Below, in pieces: positions 1 through 8,285 of a stretch of 59,649 nt of DNA. The notes under the pieces are model-generated. The model did no database searches. It was given only the letters and a program-made list of their open reading frames with translations, and was not told the origin of the DNA. Made by a program: the position numbers and the translations under genes. Every line of letters starts with the position of its first letter. The first letter of the stretch is position 1. The DNA is from Verrucomicrobiia bacterium. Its GTDB lineage: Bacteria > Verrucomicrobiota > Verrucomicrobiia > Chthoniobacterales > UBA6821. Where the stretch lies: contig JAPLTJ010000144.1 of assembly GCA_026398175.1 (NCBI GenBank), positions 1 through 59,649 of the forward strand, written 5' to 3'.

Positions 1-43
1 GAGATCGTTTGTCTCTGGTTACATGATGATAGCCTCTGGCCAT
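1..43 (-). CDS. 5' end of an unidentified gene that runs off the window (MARGYHHVTRDKRS...)
   Basis: ATG at 43-41 with AAGGAG (complement of 50-55) 6 nt upstream; only 14 codons visible. Confidence 0.3.
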   Translation of the reverse strand, partial: MARGYHHVTRDKRS

Positions 44-234
44 GATAATCTCCTTGGTTTTGACACCTTAAAGATTACCATCATCATGTAGCCTTTCTAT
101 TTTTTTTCACGTGTTGCACTTCGCGGTTGAAAGGGCCATTGAAAAAAAACCATCATTTTGAAAATCATTTTTTGCTAGAACATCATTGTAAAAAACAAAC
201 CTATTAAAATAGCATTTCAACTCTTGCGCCAGCT

Positions 235-269
235 ACTCTTTACCCTTTACTCTTCACTCTTTACTTCTT
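235..269 (+). repeat. heptamer array H1 (type II, 5 units)
   Basis: ACTCTTT ACCCTTT ACTCTTC ACTCTTT ACTTCTT; ends 6 nt before uppP ATG. Confidence 0.9.
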
Positions 270-275
270 TCCATC

Positions 276-1133
276 ATGTTAAATTACTTCCAAATCCTCA
301 TCCTCGCCATCATCCAAGGTGCTTGCGAGCTCCTTCCTGTCTCTAGCTCAGCTCATGTCATCGTTGCTGAAAAGCTGATGGGGCTCAATCCATCAGCCCC
401 TGCGATGACCTTGCTCCTCGTCATGCTACACACAGGAACAATGTTTGCGGTGATTGTTTATTTTTGGAAATCGTGGAAGAGCGACTATTTTTCCTCTTGG
501 GAGAGGACCTGGTCTTTCACAAAACAAGTTCTCTTGGCCACGGCTTGTACTGGTGTCATTGGCTTAGGACTAAAAATTCTCATCGAAAAAATCGTCTTGC
601 GCGGAACCCCTCATGCCGAAGTCGAGATGCTTTTTTCTAATCTTCCATTGATTGCTACGGCTTTGGCCTCGGTCGGACTATTGATGATTTATGCCGGGAG
701 CCGCGAAGATCACGTGCCCACTCATTCCTCTCTCACTACAAAGCATTCTTTTTGGATCGGGTTGGTTCAAGGCCTCTGCCTTCCCTTCCGCGGCTTCTCT
801 CGCTCGGGCTCCACGATTTCAACAGGACTTCTTTTTGGTCTTCCTAAAAAAAAGGTCGAGGAATTTAGTTTTGCCCTAGCTGTGGTCCTCACTCCCATTG
901 TTCTTGCAAAAGAAACTCATCGATTGCTTCATGCTCCTGTCTTGAGCAACGATGCCATCTTGCATCATCTCTTCTTCCAGGGCCTCGTCGGCATGTTCTT
1001 TAGTTTTTTAGCAGGACTCGTTGCATTACGCTGGCTCTCTCGCTGCCTGGAAGAGGGACACTGGAAATTTTTTGGTTTTTACTGCCTCGTTGCAGCCGGT
1101 TTTATTTTTACGCTCAATAAGTTTTTCCTGTAA
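276..1133 (+). CDS. uppP: undecaprenyl-diphosphate phosphatase (BacA/UppP)
   Basis: 285-aa polytopic membrane ORF; N-terminal QGACELLPVSSSAHVIV matches the UppP E-x-LPVSSS-H signature. Confidence 0.9.
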   Translation: MLNYFQILILAIIQGACELLPVSSSAHVIVAEKLMGLNPSAPAMTLLLVMLHTGTMFAVIVYFWKSWKSDYFSSWERTWSFTKQVLLATACTGVIGLGLKILIEKIVLRGTPHAEVEMLFSNLPLIATALASVGLLMIYAGSREDHVPTHSSLTTKHSFWIGLVQGLCLPFRGFSRSGSTISTGLLFGLPKKKVEEFSFALAVVLTPIVLAKETHRLLHAPVLSNDAILHHLFFQGLVGMFFSFLAGLVALRWLSRCLEEGHWKFFGFYCLVAAGFIFTLNKFFL

Positions 1134-1161
1134 CCTGCTGCCTGCAGCCTGTAGCCTGTTC
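1134..1161 (+). repeat. heptamer array H2 (type I, 4 units)
   Basis: CCTGCTG CCTGCAG CCTGTAG CCTGTTC; starts right after uppP TAA, ends 2 nt before ATG 1164. Confidence 0.9.
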
Positions 1162-1163
1162 TA

Positions 1164-1595
1164 ATGAGTGCCGAAATCATTTCACCTGATCTTCAAGCAG
1201 CCGTCCTCTGCGAGGATGTACGCGCTGAAGCTAGCGGACAACAAACATTAATTGGTGTTCTCGGAGCCATCCCAACTTCTGTTGTCCCTATTGGTTTTTT
1301 GAAGCTCTGTTTTTGGACACGCTGGTGCGGTGGATTTGGCACTTTTTGTCAACGCACGTCGATTGTTGACCCTGACGAACAAGAGTCGATTGCTGAGACC
1401 TCCTTAAATTTCACGCTGAATCATATGCACGCTCATGCTACGAATGTTCATTTTTTTGGAAGGCTTCAATTCCAGCGCTTCGGCGTCTACCATATTGAAG
1501 TATACCTCGACAAGCAACTGCGCTTGCGCATTCCATTTCCTGTGATCAAAGTTGATCCTGAAAAAAACAATCTTATTTTGAGCAAAGGCGCTTGA
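1164..1595 (+). CDS. hypothetical protein (143 aa)
   Basis: Clean ORF starting 2 nt after a heptamer array that follows the uppP stop; no motif I can name. Confidence 0.55.
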   Translation: MSAEIISPDLQAAVLCEDVRAEASGQQTLIGVLGAIPTSVVPIGFLKLCFWTRWCGGFGTFCQRTSIVDPDEQESIAETSLNFTLNHMHAHATNVHFFGRLQFQRFGVYHIEVYLDKQLRLRIPFPVIKVDPEKNNLILSKGA

Positions 1596-1644
1596 CATCG
1601 TTTTGTTTTCCTCTACCTTATCACCTCTTTCCAATAATTTTCGA

Positions 1645-2067
1645 ATGAAGACTTTCTCTGCAAAAGCTAACGAGGTGAAACGCCAATGGTGGGTCATCGA
1701 TGCTAAAAATCAATACTTAGGCCATGTCGCTGTCAAAGCGGCAACGCTCCTTCGTGGTAAACATAAACCCATTTTTACTTCCCACGTTGATACTGGCGAC
1801 TTCGTCATCGTCATCAATGCCAAGGAAGTTCAAATCGGCGGCAAAAAAGAAACTCAAAAAACTTACATGAGTTTCTCAGGATTTGTTGGCGGCCATAAGT
1901 CGGAAACATTTCGTCAGCGTCGCGAACGCCGTCCCGAGTTACTTATTGAGAAAGCTGTTAAAGGAATGATCCCTCACAATCGCTTGGGAGCAACGATCTA
2001 CAGAAAACTTCGTGTTTATAGCGGTGCAGAACATCCTCACACTGTTCAAAAACCTCAAGCTATTTAA
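1645..2067 (+). CDS. rplM: 50S ribosomal protein L13
   Basis: MKTFSAKANEVKRQWWVIDA... typical L13 N-terminus; the ORF-track start 1603 is an upstream extension, ATG at 1645 fits. Confidence 0.93.
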   Translation: MKTFSAKANEVKRQWWVIDAKNQYLGHVAVKAATLLRGKHKPIFTSHVDTGDFVIVINAKEVQIGGKKETQKTYMSFSGFVGGHKSETFRQRRERRPELLIEKAVKGMIPHNRLGATIYRKLRVYSGAEHPHTVQKPQAI

Positions 2068-2093
2068 TCACTTTTTCTATTTCCTGAATTTTT

Positions 2094-2531
2094 ATGTCTG
2101 AAGATACAGCCACCACTCCTAAAGTTCGCAAAACCCTTCCCAAAACAGGCAAGATCACTACTACAGGACGCCGCAAAACGGCCGTAGCTACGATTCGCTT
2201 GACAAATGGTTCTGGAAAAATTCAGGTCAATGGACGTGATTTTTCCGATTATTTTACGACCATCTCCATGCAGAACAAAGTGCTCAAGCCCTTTGAGACG
2301 GTCAATGCTATTAAGATTTACGATGTTGTCGTCAAGACACACGGCGGCGGCCTCAATGGCCAAGCAGGAGCTCTCAGCCTTGCTATTTCCCGCGCTCTCA
2401 ATGAAATCGATGAAGAACATCGCCCTGCGCTAAAGCAAAATGGCCTCCTCACCCGTGACCCACGTCGCCGTGAGCGTAATAAGCCAGGTCGGGCAGGAGC
2501 ACGCAAGCGCTTCCAGTTCTCCAAACGTTAG
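2094..2531 (+). CDS. rpsI: 30S ribosomal protein S9
   Basis: Follows rplM; C-terminal ...RKRFQFSKR is the S9 hallmark. Confidence 0.95.
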   Translation: MSEDTATTPKVRKTLPKTGKITTTGRRKTAVATIRLTNGSGKIQVNGRDFSDYFTTISMQNKVLKPFETVNAIKIYDVVVKTHGGGLNGQAGALSLAISRALNEIDEEHRPALKQNGLLTRDPRRRERNKPGRAGARKRFQFSKR

Positions 2532-2634
2532 AAGCTGCGTTGTTAATTGCTACCGAGGTAGCAAGGTGCTAAGCCACGCTAGCATGTCCTTTTTGTGACG
2601 GAGGGAACGCATACCGCTATTCATTCTAGATTGC

Positions 2635-2806
2635 AGCTACATCTACCGTCATTCCTGCGGACGCAGGAATCCAGCGGCTATCGATCTTTATTTTTGTTTT
2701 CGTAAAAGTATTTTTTGATTTCCGTCGATCATTTTAAATTTTCTGACGCTACAACTCCAATCTGAATTGACCTTCGCCTGGATTCCAGCGTCCGCTGGAA
2801 TGACGT
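2635..2806. mobile_element. palindromic element family B, copy B1 (core only)
   Basis: Ends GTCATTCCTGCGGACGCAGGAATCCAGCGG / GGATTCCAGCGTCCGCTGGAATGACG, each end itself a hairpin. Confidence 0.8.
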
Positions 2807-2915
2807 TCATTGGAATTGTTAATAGCATTGAAATAAGATATCTTTTTTTATTCAGAAATGGAGCATGAGCAATTTGCGAATAACAACATTAATTTTCTGC
2901 CCACTGCGAACTTTT

Positions 2916-3452
2916 ATGACAATGAAAAAGCTTTTCTTTTTTTTACTAACTCTCACAGCCTGTTCTTTCCTTCGTGCCGAGTCCATCGCTCCCACACAAT
3001 TTAATGTTGGAGCTTTTTCTTTTACGCGACCTGATACTTGGAACTGGGAAGCGCCTACATCGCCGATGCGCAAGGCCCAGCTAACGATTCTTGGCAAGAA
3101 TGGCGCAACAGCTCTCGTAACTTTTTTCTATTTTGGTCCAGGCCAAGGCGGAACTGTGCAGGCCAATGTTGATCGTTGGGCTGCTCAATTTACAGCTATT
3201 GATGGAACGCCAATAAAAGCCACGACGACGACACAAAAAATTAAAACTACTACCATCACCTTTGTCTCAGCTCGAGGCACCTTCGCCAACGGCATGCCAG
3301 GAGGACCAACTCAAGCATGCACTGATTACGCCCTCCGCGGCGCCATCCTCGAAAGCCCTCAAGGCGATGTCTATGTCAAGATGACAGGCCCAGAAGACCT
3401 CGTAAAGCAGTCAACAGCAGCATTTGGTCAGATGATTTTCTCTTTCCGCTAG
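2916..3452 (+). CDS. secreted hypothetical protein
   Basis: MTMKKLFFFLLTLTACSFLRA signal-peptide-like N-terminus; start could be 2916 or 2922; no catalytic motif recognised. Confidence 0.6.
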   Translation: MTMKKLFFFLLTLTACSFLRAESIAPTQFNVGAFSFTRPDTWNWEAPTSPMRKAQLTILGKNGATALVTFFYFGPGQGGTVQANVDRWAAQFTAIDGTPIKATTTTQKIKTTTITFVSARGTFANGMPGGPTQACTDYALRGAILESPQGDVYVKMTGPEDLVKQSTAAFGQMIFSFR

Positions 3453-3460
3453 AAGAAGAA

Positions 3461-3566
3461 TTCACAGGGATGGAAGCGATGGAAGGGATAAAAAAATGGT
3501 ATAATTTAAAAATTAAACTTTAAAAGGCTGTTTTTTTAGCATCCCTTCCATCGCTTCCATCCCTGT
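3461..3566. mobile_element. palindromic element family A, copy A1 (short form)
   Basis: 26-bp perfect inverted arms ACAGGGATGGAAGCGATGGAAGGGAT (3464-3489 / 3541-3566) between convergent genes. Confidence 0.85.
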
Positions 3567-3590
3567 AAATTTTTTAATTTGTACCCGCCC

Positions 3591-4847
3591 TCACTCCTGA
3601 TACTCCACCAGCTGCTTCGGCTTAATGGTCATCAAGGAAATCAGAGCCAGCGCGGCAAAAAAGCAAATGTAAAGGGCCGGAACCCAAATGATGCCGGTAA
3701 CCTGCACAAGCCATGTTAAGATCATTTGGGTGCATCCGGTGATAATCCCAATACTGATGTTCCAAACAACAGCGACTCCTGTGTAACGCACCGAGACTGC
3801 GAAAAAGGAGCTCACCAAAACAGGAAAGCGCCCGCAAAGAACGCCAACAGCCAACAAGAGAAGGCTGTGCCAAAAAAAGATTTGATTAATATTCAATCTT
3901 CCGTAATTCCAAAAAAGAAGTAGCGCCGCAGCACCAATCCCCATAAAAAGAAAAAAGAAAAACTTTTTTCCCAACCTCTGATCAAAACTCCCTGCCAATA
4001 AAGACCCCACCATAAAAATCAAAAGACTATAGGAATTGAATTTCATTAATTGCTCCAACGGAAAATGATAAAAGGTAGAAAGGTAATTCGGAATGTAGTA
4101 GGTAAAGACAGCAATGCTACTGGACAAGAGAAATCCAATACCGATGAGTTGTAGTAGTGGCTTTTTATGCTGCTGGAAAAGCAATTTGATAGGAGTTGTT
4201 TCTTGTTGAAGACGATTTTTGTATTCCAGAAACGTTGGCGTCTCAACGAGCGCGCGACGCAAGACATAGCTGACAAGTCCCAAAATTCCTCCCAGCGCAA
4301 AAGCCACACGCCAACTCTCTCCACCGCTCCAATGAAATTTCATGAGCATCATGCAAGTGAAAGATGATACTAAAAGTCCAATGTTCGTCCCCATGATTAC
4401 AATGGAGGTATTGAAGGCCTTGCGCCCTGGACTTGACACTTCATAGCCAAAAATCACAGAACCTGGCAACTCTCCTCCCAAAGCAAGACTTTGAAGAATG
4501 CGAAGAGCAATTAACAAAATCGTTGCCCATGCCCCAATCACGCTAGCACTAGGAATGAAGGCAATCAAAAAAGTTGGCAGCGCCATTAACAAAATGGTGT
4601 AAACAAAAGTGTACTTCCGCCCACGCGTGTCCCCAAGATGCGCAAAGATCACTCCACCTAAAGGTCGGAACAAAGCTCCTGCTGCAAAAATGGCATAACT
4701 CAAGAGCAAATTGAGCCACGCATTGCTCGTAGGAATCAGGCTCTTTCCAATGAAGGGAGCCAGATAAATAAAAATTCCAAAATCGTAATACTCCAAGATC
4801 GAGCCAAGGCAGATGAGAAAGAGCAACTTTTTGCTGTCGAGTTTCAT
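3591..4847 (-). CDS. MFS transporter (metabolite:H+ symporter-like)
   Basis: 418 aa, about 12 hydrophobic segments, GDTRGRK loop 2-3 motif and N-terminal EYYDFGIF typical of the MHS/ProP-like subfamily. Confidence 0.85.
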   Translation of the reverse strand: MKLDSKKLLFLICLGSILEYYDFGIFIYLAPFIGKSLIPTSNAWLNLLLSYAIFAAGALFRPLGGVIFAHLGDTRGRKYTFVYTILLMALPTFLIAFIPSASVIGAWATILLIALRILQSLALGGELPGSVIFGYEVSSPGRKAFNTSIVIMGTNIGLLVSSFTCMMLMKFHWSGGESWRVAFALGGILGLVSYVLRRALVETPTFLEYKNRLQQETTPIKLLFQQHKKPLLQLIGIGFLLSSSIAVFTYYIPNYLSTFYHFPLEQLMKFNSYSLLIFMVGSLLAGSFDQRLGKKFFFFLFMGIGAAALLLFWNYGRLNINQIFFWHSLLLLAVGVLCGRFPVLVSSFFAVSVRYTGVAVVWNISIGIITGCTQMILTWLVQVTGIIWVPALYICFFAALALISLMTIKPKQLVEYQE

Positions 4848-4851
4848 GGCG

Positions 4852-4897
4852 ACAGGTTACAGGTTACAGGTTACAGGGTACAGGGTACAGGCTACAG
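4852..4897 (-). repeat. heptamer array H3 (type I, 6.5 units)
   Basis: Minus strand reads CTGTAGC CTGTACC x2 CTGTAAC x3; ends 4 nt before the MFS start (4847). Confidence 0.9.
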
Positions 4898-4922
4898 AAA
4901 AAATTTCGAATCCGAACACAAA

Positions 4923-5492
4923 ATGAAAATTTTTGAGGCACGCAATGAAATGGTCAGAGAACTCATTCCACTAGAAAGTGTGATTTGTGAAATTGGCGTT
5001 TTTAAAGGAGACTTCGCGAGTAAGTTGCACCAACTTCATCCCAAGCACCTCTTTCTCTGCGATCCTTGGGACAACGGCCTGAGTTATAGTGGGGATCATG
5101 ATGGCCAAAATGGAAACATCTATCATGCCTCTTCCCTCTACGAACATGTTGTTACCCTTTTTTCTCAAGAAGCAACAGTCTCCATTCATCGAGAAAAATC
5201 AGAAACTTTTATCCCGAAATTAGCTGATGCCTCGCTGGATGCAGCTTACGTTGATGGCGATCATTCTTACCAAGCTGTTAAAGCCGACCTTCATGCACTC
5301 TATCCTAAAATAAAAAAAGGAGGATTCCTCATGGGGCATGATTATGAATTCAATCCCAACAAGGCTCCATATGATTTAGAGCCGATGATCTTGGAAGTTG
5401 CGCGCGCCGTGAATGAATTTTGTCAGGAAAAAAATTTATCTATCTTTGCAAAAACGAACGATGGCTGTGCCAGCTTTGCGATTCGGTGCTAG
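4923..5492 (+). CDS. class I SAM-dependent methyltransferase (Methyltransf_24-like)
   Basis: EIGVFKGDF glycine-rich SAM loop and YVDGDHSY motif; stop TAG lies inside the terminal CTAG of repeat D1. Confidence 0.65.
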   Translation: MKIFEARNEMVRELIPLESVICEIGVFKGDFASKLHQLHPKHLFLCDPWDNGLSYSGDHDGQNGNIYHASSLYEHVVTLFSQEATVSIHREKSETFIPKLADASLDAAYVDGDHSYQAVKADLHALYPKIKKGGFLMGHDYEFNPNKAPYDLEPMILEVARAVNEFCQEKNLSIFAKTNDGCASFAIRC

Positions 5493-5630
5493 AGCATTTT
5501 TAAAAATTGTACAGCCTCTCATTGCGGCGTCACTCCGGTGCTCGCGTCCTCAAGTATCAGAATACACTGCGAATCTCTGCTCCTCGTTCCTGGCACTGCA
5601 TCGGCTATAATATATTTTAAAACGCTCTAG
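5489..5630 (+). mobile_element. palindromic element family D, copy D1 (short form, ~142 bp)
   Basis: Terminal inverted repeats CTAGAGCATTTTTAAAA / TTTTAAAACGCTCTAG; its core sequence recurs in D2 and D4. Confidence 0.85.
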
Positions 5631-5640
5631 AACGTTTCAA

Positions 5641-5768
5641 GCCACAAAAACAGAAGGTAAAGAAGAGATTGGCCACAAAGAAACCAAAAAACCGAGTAGA
5701 TACTGTCTCTTAAAAAAACTTCTCATTTTGTTTTCTTTCAAAAATTCTTTGTGTTCTTTGTGGCCAAT
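5641..5768. repeat. palindromic repeat family C, copy C1
   Basis: GCCACAAA-rich arms: ATTGGCCACAAAGAA (5668-5682) / TTCTTTGTGGCCAAT (5754-5768). Confidence 0.65.
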
Positions 5769-5798
5769 TTTTTTTCTTAATGCTCTAGCAAAAACATC

Positions 5799-8195
5799 CT
5801 ATTCCGGAAGCTCTTCCCAAAAAGCCTGCGCTGCCCGTTCCCAATTTCGTTCGCTCACGCGTTGTCGGGCAGCAAGACCCCATGATATTCGTAAAGCCAC
5901 ATCATCAATCAAACGCTGCATCGCTTGTGTAAGCGCATCTAAATCGAGCGCCTTCGTAATCAAACCATCTTGCTCGTGCCCCACGAGATCTTTGGGTCCT
6001 CCAGCGTTGGAGACAATGGTAGGAAGACCACTTGCTTGCGCCTCGATCACCACATTACCAAAAGTATCGGTTGTACTCGGGAAAACAAAAAAATCGGCTG
6101 AGGCATAAGCCGTTGCGAGTTCTTCCCCCTGCAAAGTCCCAACAAAAATTCCCTCCGGCAGCAACTCTTTCATTGTCGAAAGATAAGGACCATTTCCAAC
6201 AAAAAGTGGTCGCACCTTCACTCCACGCGCCAGCAGCCGACGGAAAGCCGCGGCAAGCAGATCGAGATTTTTTTCTCGAGAGATCCGTCCCACATAGAGC
6301 GCCCCTACTTCTCCAGACTTCAATCCTCTTTTTTTCCAAAATTGAAGATCTCGTTTTTCTGGATGGAAGAAAACGGTGTCGAGGCCACGAGGCAAGATCC
6401 GAATTTTTTCTTCAGCCACTCCTCGCTCCATCCAGCAACGGCGATAATGCTCCGAATTGACATAGATCAAATCCATCTGCGAATAAAACCAGTGCATGAA
6501 ATTCCAAGTCAATGTCTCCATGAACCCATCCTCCGTGAGCATGCGCACATATTGAGGAAAATCGGTGTGATAAATTCCGATCGTTGGAAGCCCCAGTACT
6601 TTTGCTGCACAAAAGGCCGCAAGCCCCACAGGGCCTGGAGTACTGATGATCACCTCACTAAATTTTTCTCGCTCGAGATAATCGATCATCGGCAAGATCG
6701 GTGGAAAACTGAGTCGTTGCAACTCGTACTCTGGCAATTCAAAAGTACCGACGGGCTCAAAATTTTTGAATGGGATACCGAGATTGACGAGCTGTTCTCG
6801 AGAAACCATAACTGTTAAGTCATAACCAAGGGTTGTTGCAGCCGAAGCCATCTTTTGAATCGTGGTGGAGACGCCATTGATATCGTCGAGGGTATCGGTA
6901 AACCAAGCACGGCGGCGATGCTGAAAACTCGGAGGCAAATGCCCCCTCAAGGCTCTTGCTGCCTCGCGCAGACGTTGTAGTGGCGCACGATGAAAAGCAT
7001 AAAAATAAGGACTCAATATGGCTAGCAACGGAATGACGGGCCCCACTGTTTGGAGACTCTCCATGAACTTTCCTTCTTTTAACTGAGTTAGAAATTGCAT
7101 GACAAAGCGGTAGGCCAAACGACTCGCCAAAAGATTAGCAATTCCAAAAGCACGACGGCTCGGATCTTCCTCTCCTTTCGTCTGTCGCTCCAACTCAGCT
7201 CTCATCGAGGCAGTTGAAAGCGAGGCGGAAAGCTCTTTCCAAAGCGATCTATTTCCAGAACGAGCCAGCTCAAAAATTTTTCCACTCATCACTCCTTGCA
7301 TGAGAAAGCTCCATTTTTCGCCTGCCGAAAAAATGGTTGGATCGCGTCCCTCCATAAAACGTTCAAAAGCTTTCTCAACGAGTTTGAGTCCTAAACTCTC
7401 ACTCTTTCCCCGCAAGCGCTCCTGACCAAAAGAAAAAGCGACTTGATAGGTGTCTAACGCCATAGCGAGAGGAGTTCCATCATTTCCATAGGCCATTCCA
7501 TGGCCTTGGCGAAGCTGTTTAAAAAAATCGTTTGCTGTTTTTGCTGATGGAACAATCGTATAAGCCTTCCCCATCATGCGACCGCCATGATCATCAGAAC
7601 CACCAAAGAAATATTTTTTCCACGGTTCAAGATGCGTTGGCGAAATCTCTGTTTGAGCAGCAAATCGTTCGATATCGAGTGGAGTCAGGGTAAAGAAAAA
7701 GCGCGCCGCTTCGTTCAATAAAGCTGAACGCCGTCCATTTATCCCTTCGATATGTTGAAAGAGAAGCGCTGTTTTCATCAGGTGATGAGGTTGCAATTGG
7801 TCAATCAATCCCACCGCTGGTGCAGCAACACCATGTGCAATTTCTTGTTCCATCAAGTATTGCTGGAGCTCATAAATATTTTCTTTAAGCTGCTGGATCA
7901 TCCGATGCTGCTCCTCATTAATATTCCAAACGAGCAACGTCACGTGACATCCATCTTCGGGAAAAACAGCACTCACCTGCTCGCTGAGAAAGACACCGTC
8001 GAGATCAGCAATCTCAAGGCATCCTTCGATCGAGTCATAATCCGTAAAGGTGAAAAAATCCATTCCTGCCAGGCGCAATTTTTTATACAACTCACGCGGC
8101 TCTGACATGCTCGCAGGAACGCCAAGCCTTCTGAGCAGCCATTCTGAGGAGCGCTTGCTATAGCGTGTGTGAAGATGAAGATCGATTTTAGCCAT
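5799..8195 (-). CDS. PHP-domain / GT4 glycosyltransferase fusion protein
   Basis: N-terminus IDLHLHTRYS (PHP metal site); C-terminus GRISREKNLD...FVFPSTTDTFGNVVIEAQASGLP (GT4/GT-B E-x7-E region). Confidence 0.8.
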   Translation of the reverse strand: MAKIDLHLHTRYSKRSSEWLLRRLGVPASMSEPRELYKKLRLAGMDFFTFTDYDSIEGCLEIADLDGVFLSEQVSAVFPEDGCHVTLLVWNINEEQHRMIQQLKENIYELQQYLMEQEIAHGVAAPAVGLIDQLQPHHLMKTALLFQHIEGINGRRSALLNEAARFFFTLTPLDIERFAAQTEISPTHLEPWKKYFFGGSDDHGGRMMGKAYTIVPSAKTANDFFKQLRQGHGMAYGNDGTPLAMALDTYQVAFSFGQERLRGKSESLGLKLVEKAFERFMEGRDPTIFSAGEKWSFLMQGVMSGKIFELARSGNRSLWKELSASLSTASMRAELERQTKGEEDPSRRAFGIANLLASRLAYRFVMQFLTQLKEGKFMESLQTVGPVIPLLAILSPYFYAFHRAPLQRLREAARALRGHLPPSFQHRRRAWFTDTLDDINGVSTTIQKMASAATTLGYDLTVMVSREQLVNLGIPFKNFEPVGTFELPEYELQRLSFPPILPMIDYLEREKFSEVIISTPGPVGLAAFCAAKVLGLPTIGIYHTDFPQYVRMLTEDGFMETLTWNFMHWFYSQMDLIYVNSEHYRRCWMERGVAEEKIRILPRGLDTVFFHPEKRDLQFWKKRGLKSGEVGALYVGRISREKNLDLLAAAFRRLLARGVKVRPLFVGNGPYLSTMKELLPEGIFVGTLQGEELATAYASADFFVFPSTTDTFGNVVIEAQASGLPTIVSNAGGPKDLVGHEQDGLITKALDLDALTQAMQRLIDDVALRISWGLAARQRVSERNWERAAQAFWEELPE

Positions 8196-8202
8196 GGAGA
8201 CC

Positions 8203-8251
8203 AGAGTAAAGGGTGAAGAGTCAAGGGTGAAGAGTCAAGGGTGAAGAGTAT
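8203..8251 (-). repeat. heptamer array H4 (type II, 7 units, 14-nt super-period)
   Basis: Plus strand AGAGTCAAGGGTGA x3; minus strand ACTCTTC ACCCTTG...; ends 7 nt before the PHP-GT start (8195). Confidence 0.9.
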
Positions 8252-8285
8252 TTTGACATAGCTAAACAATTCTTGAGAATTTATA

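Noticed and set aside
1596-1644. Pyrimidine-rich rplM leader (CCTCTAC CTTATCA CCTCTTT) as a 21st heptamer array
   Set aside because: The 7-nt periodicity is too degenerate to distinguish from a plain CT-rich leader.
2547-2595. Two small hairpins after rpsI as a rho-independent terminator
   Set aside because: The stems are only 5-7 bp with marginal loops. The T-run is short and separated from the stronger stem, so this is not confident enough to list as a feature.
5728-8269. ORFs overlapping the PHP-GT4 gene (5728..6108, 6032..6460, 6342..6818, 7752..8105, 7973..8269)
   Set aside because: They are antisense or off-frame to a 798-aa ORF with clear domain motifs. 7973..8269 additionally runs through heptamer array H4.
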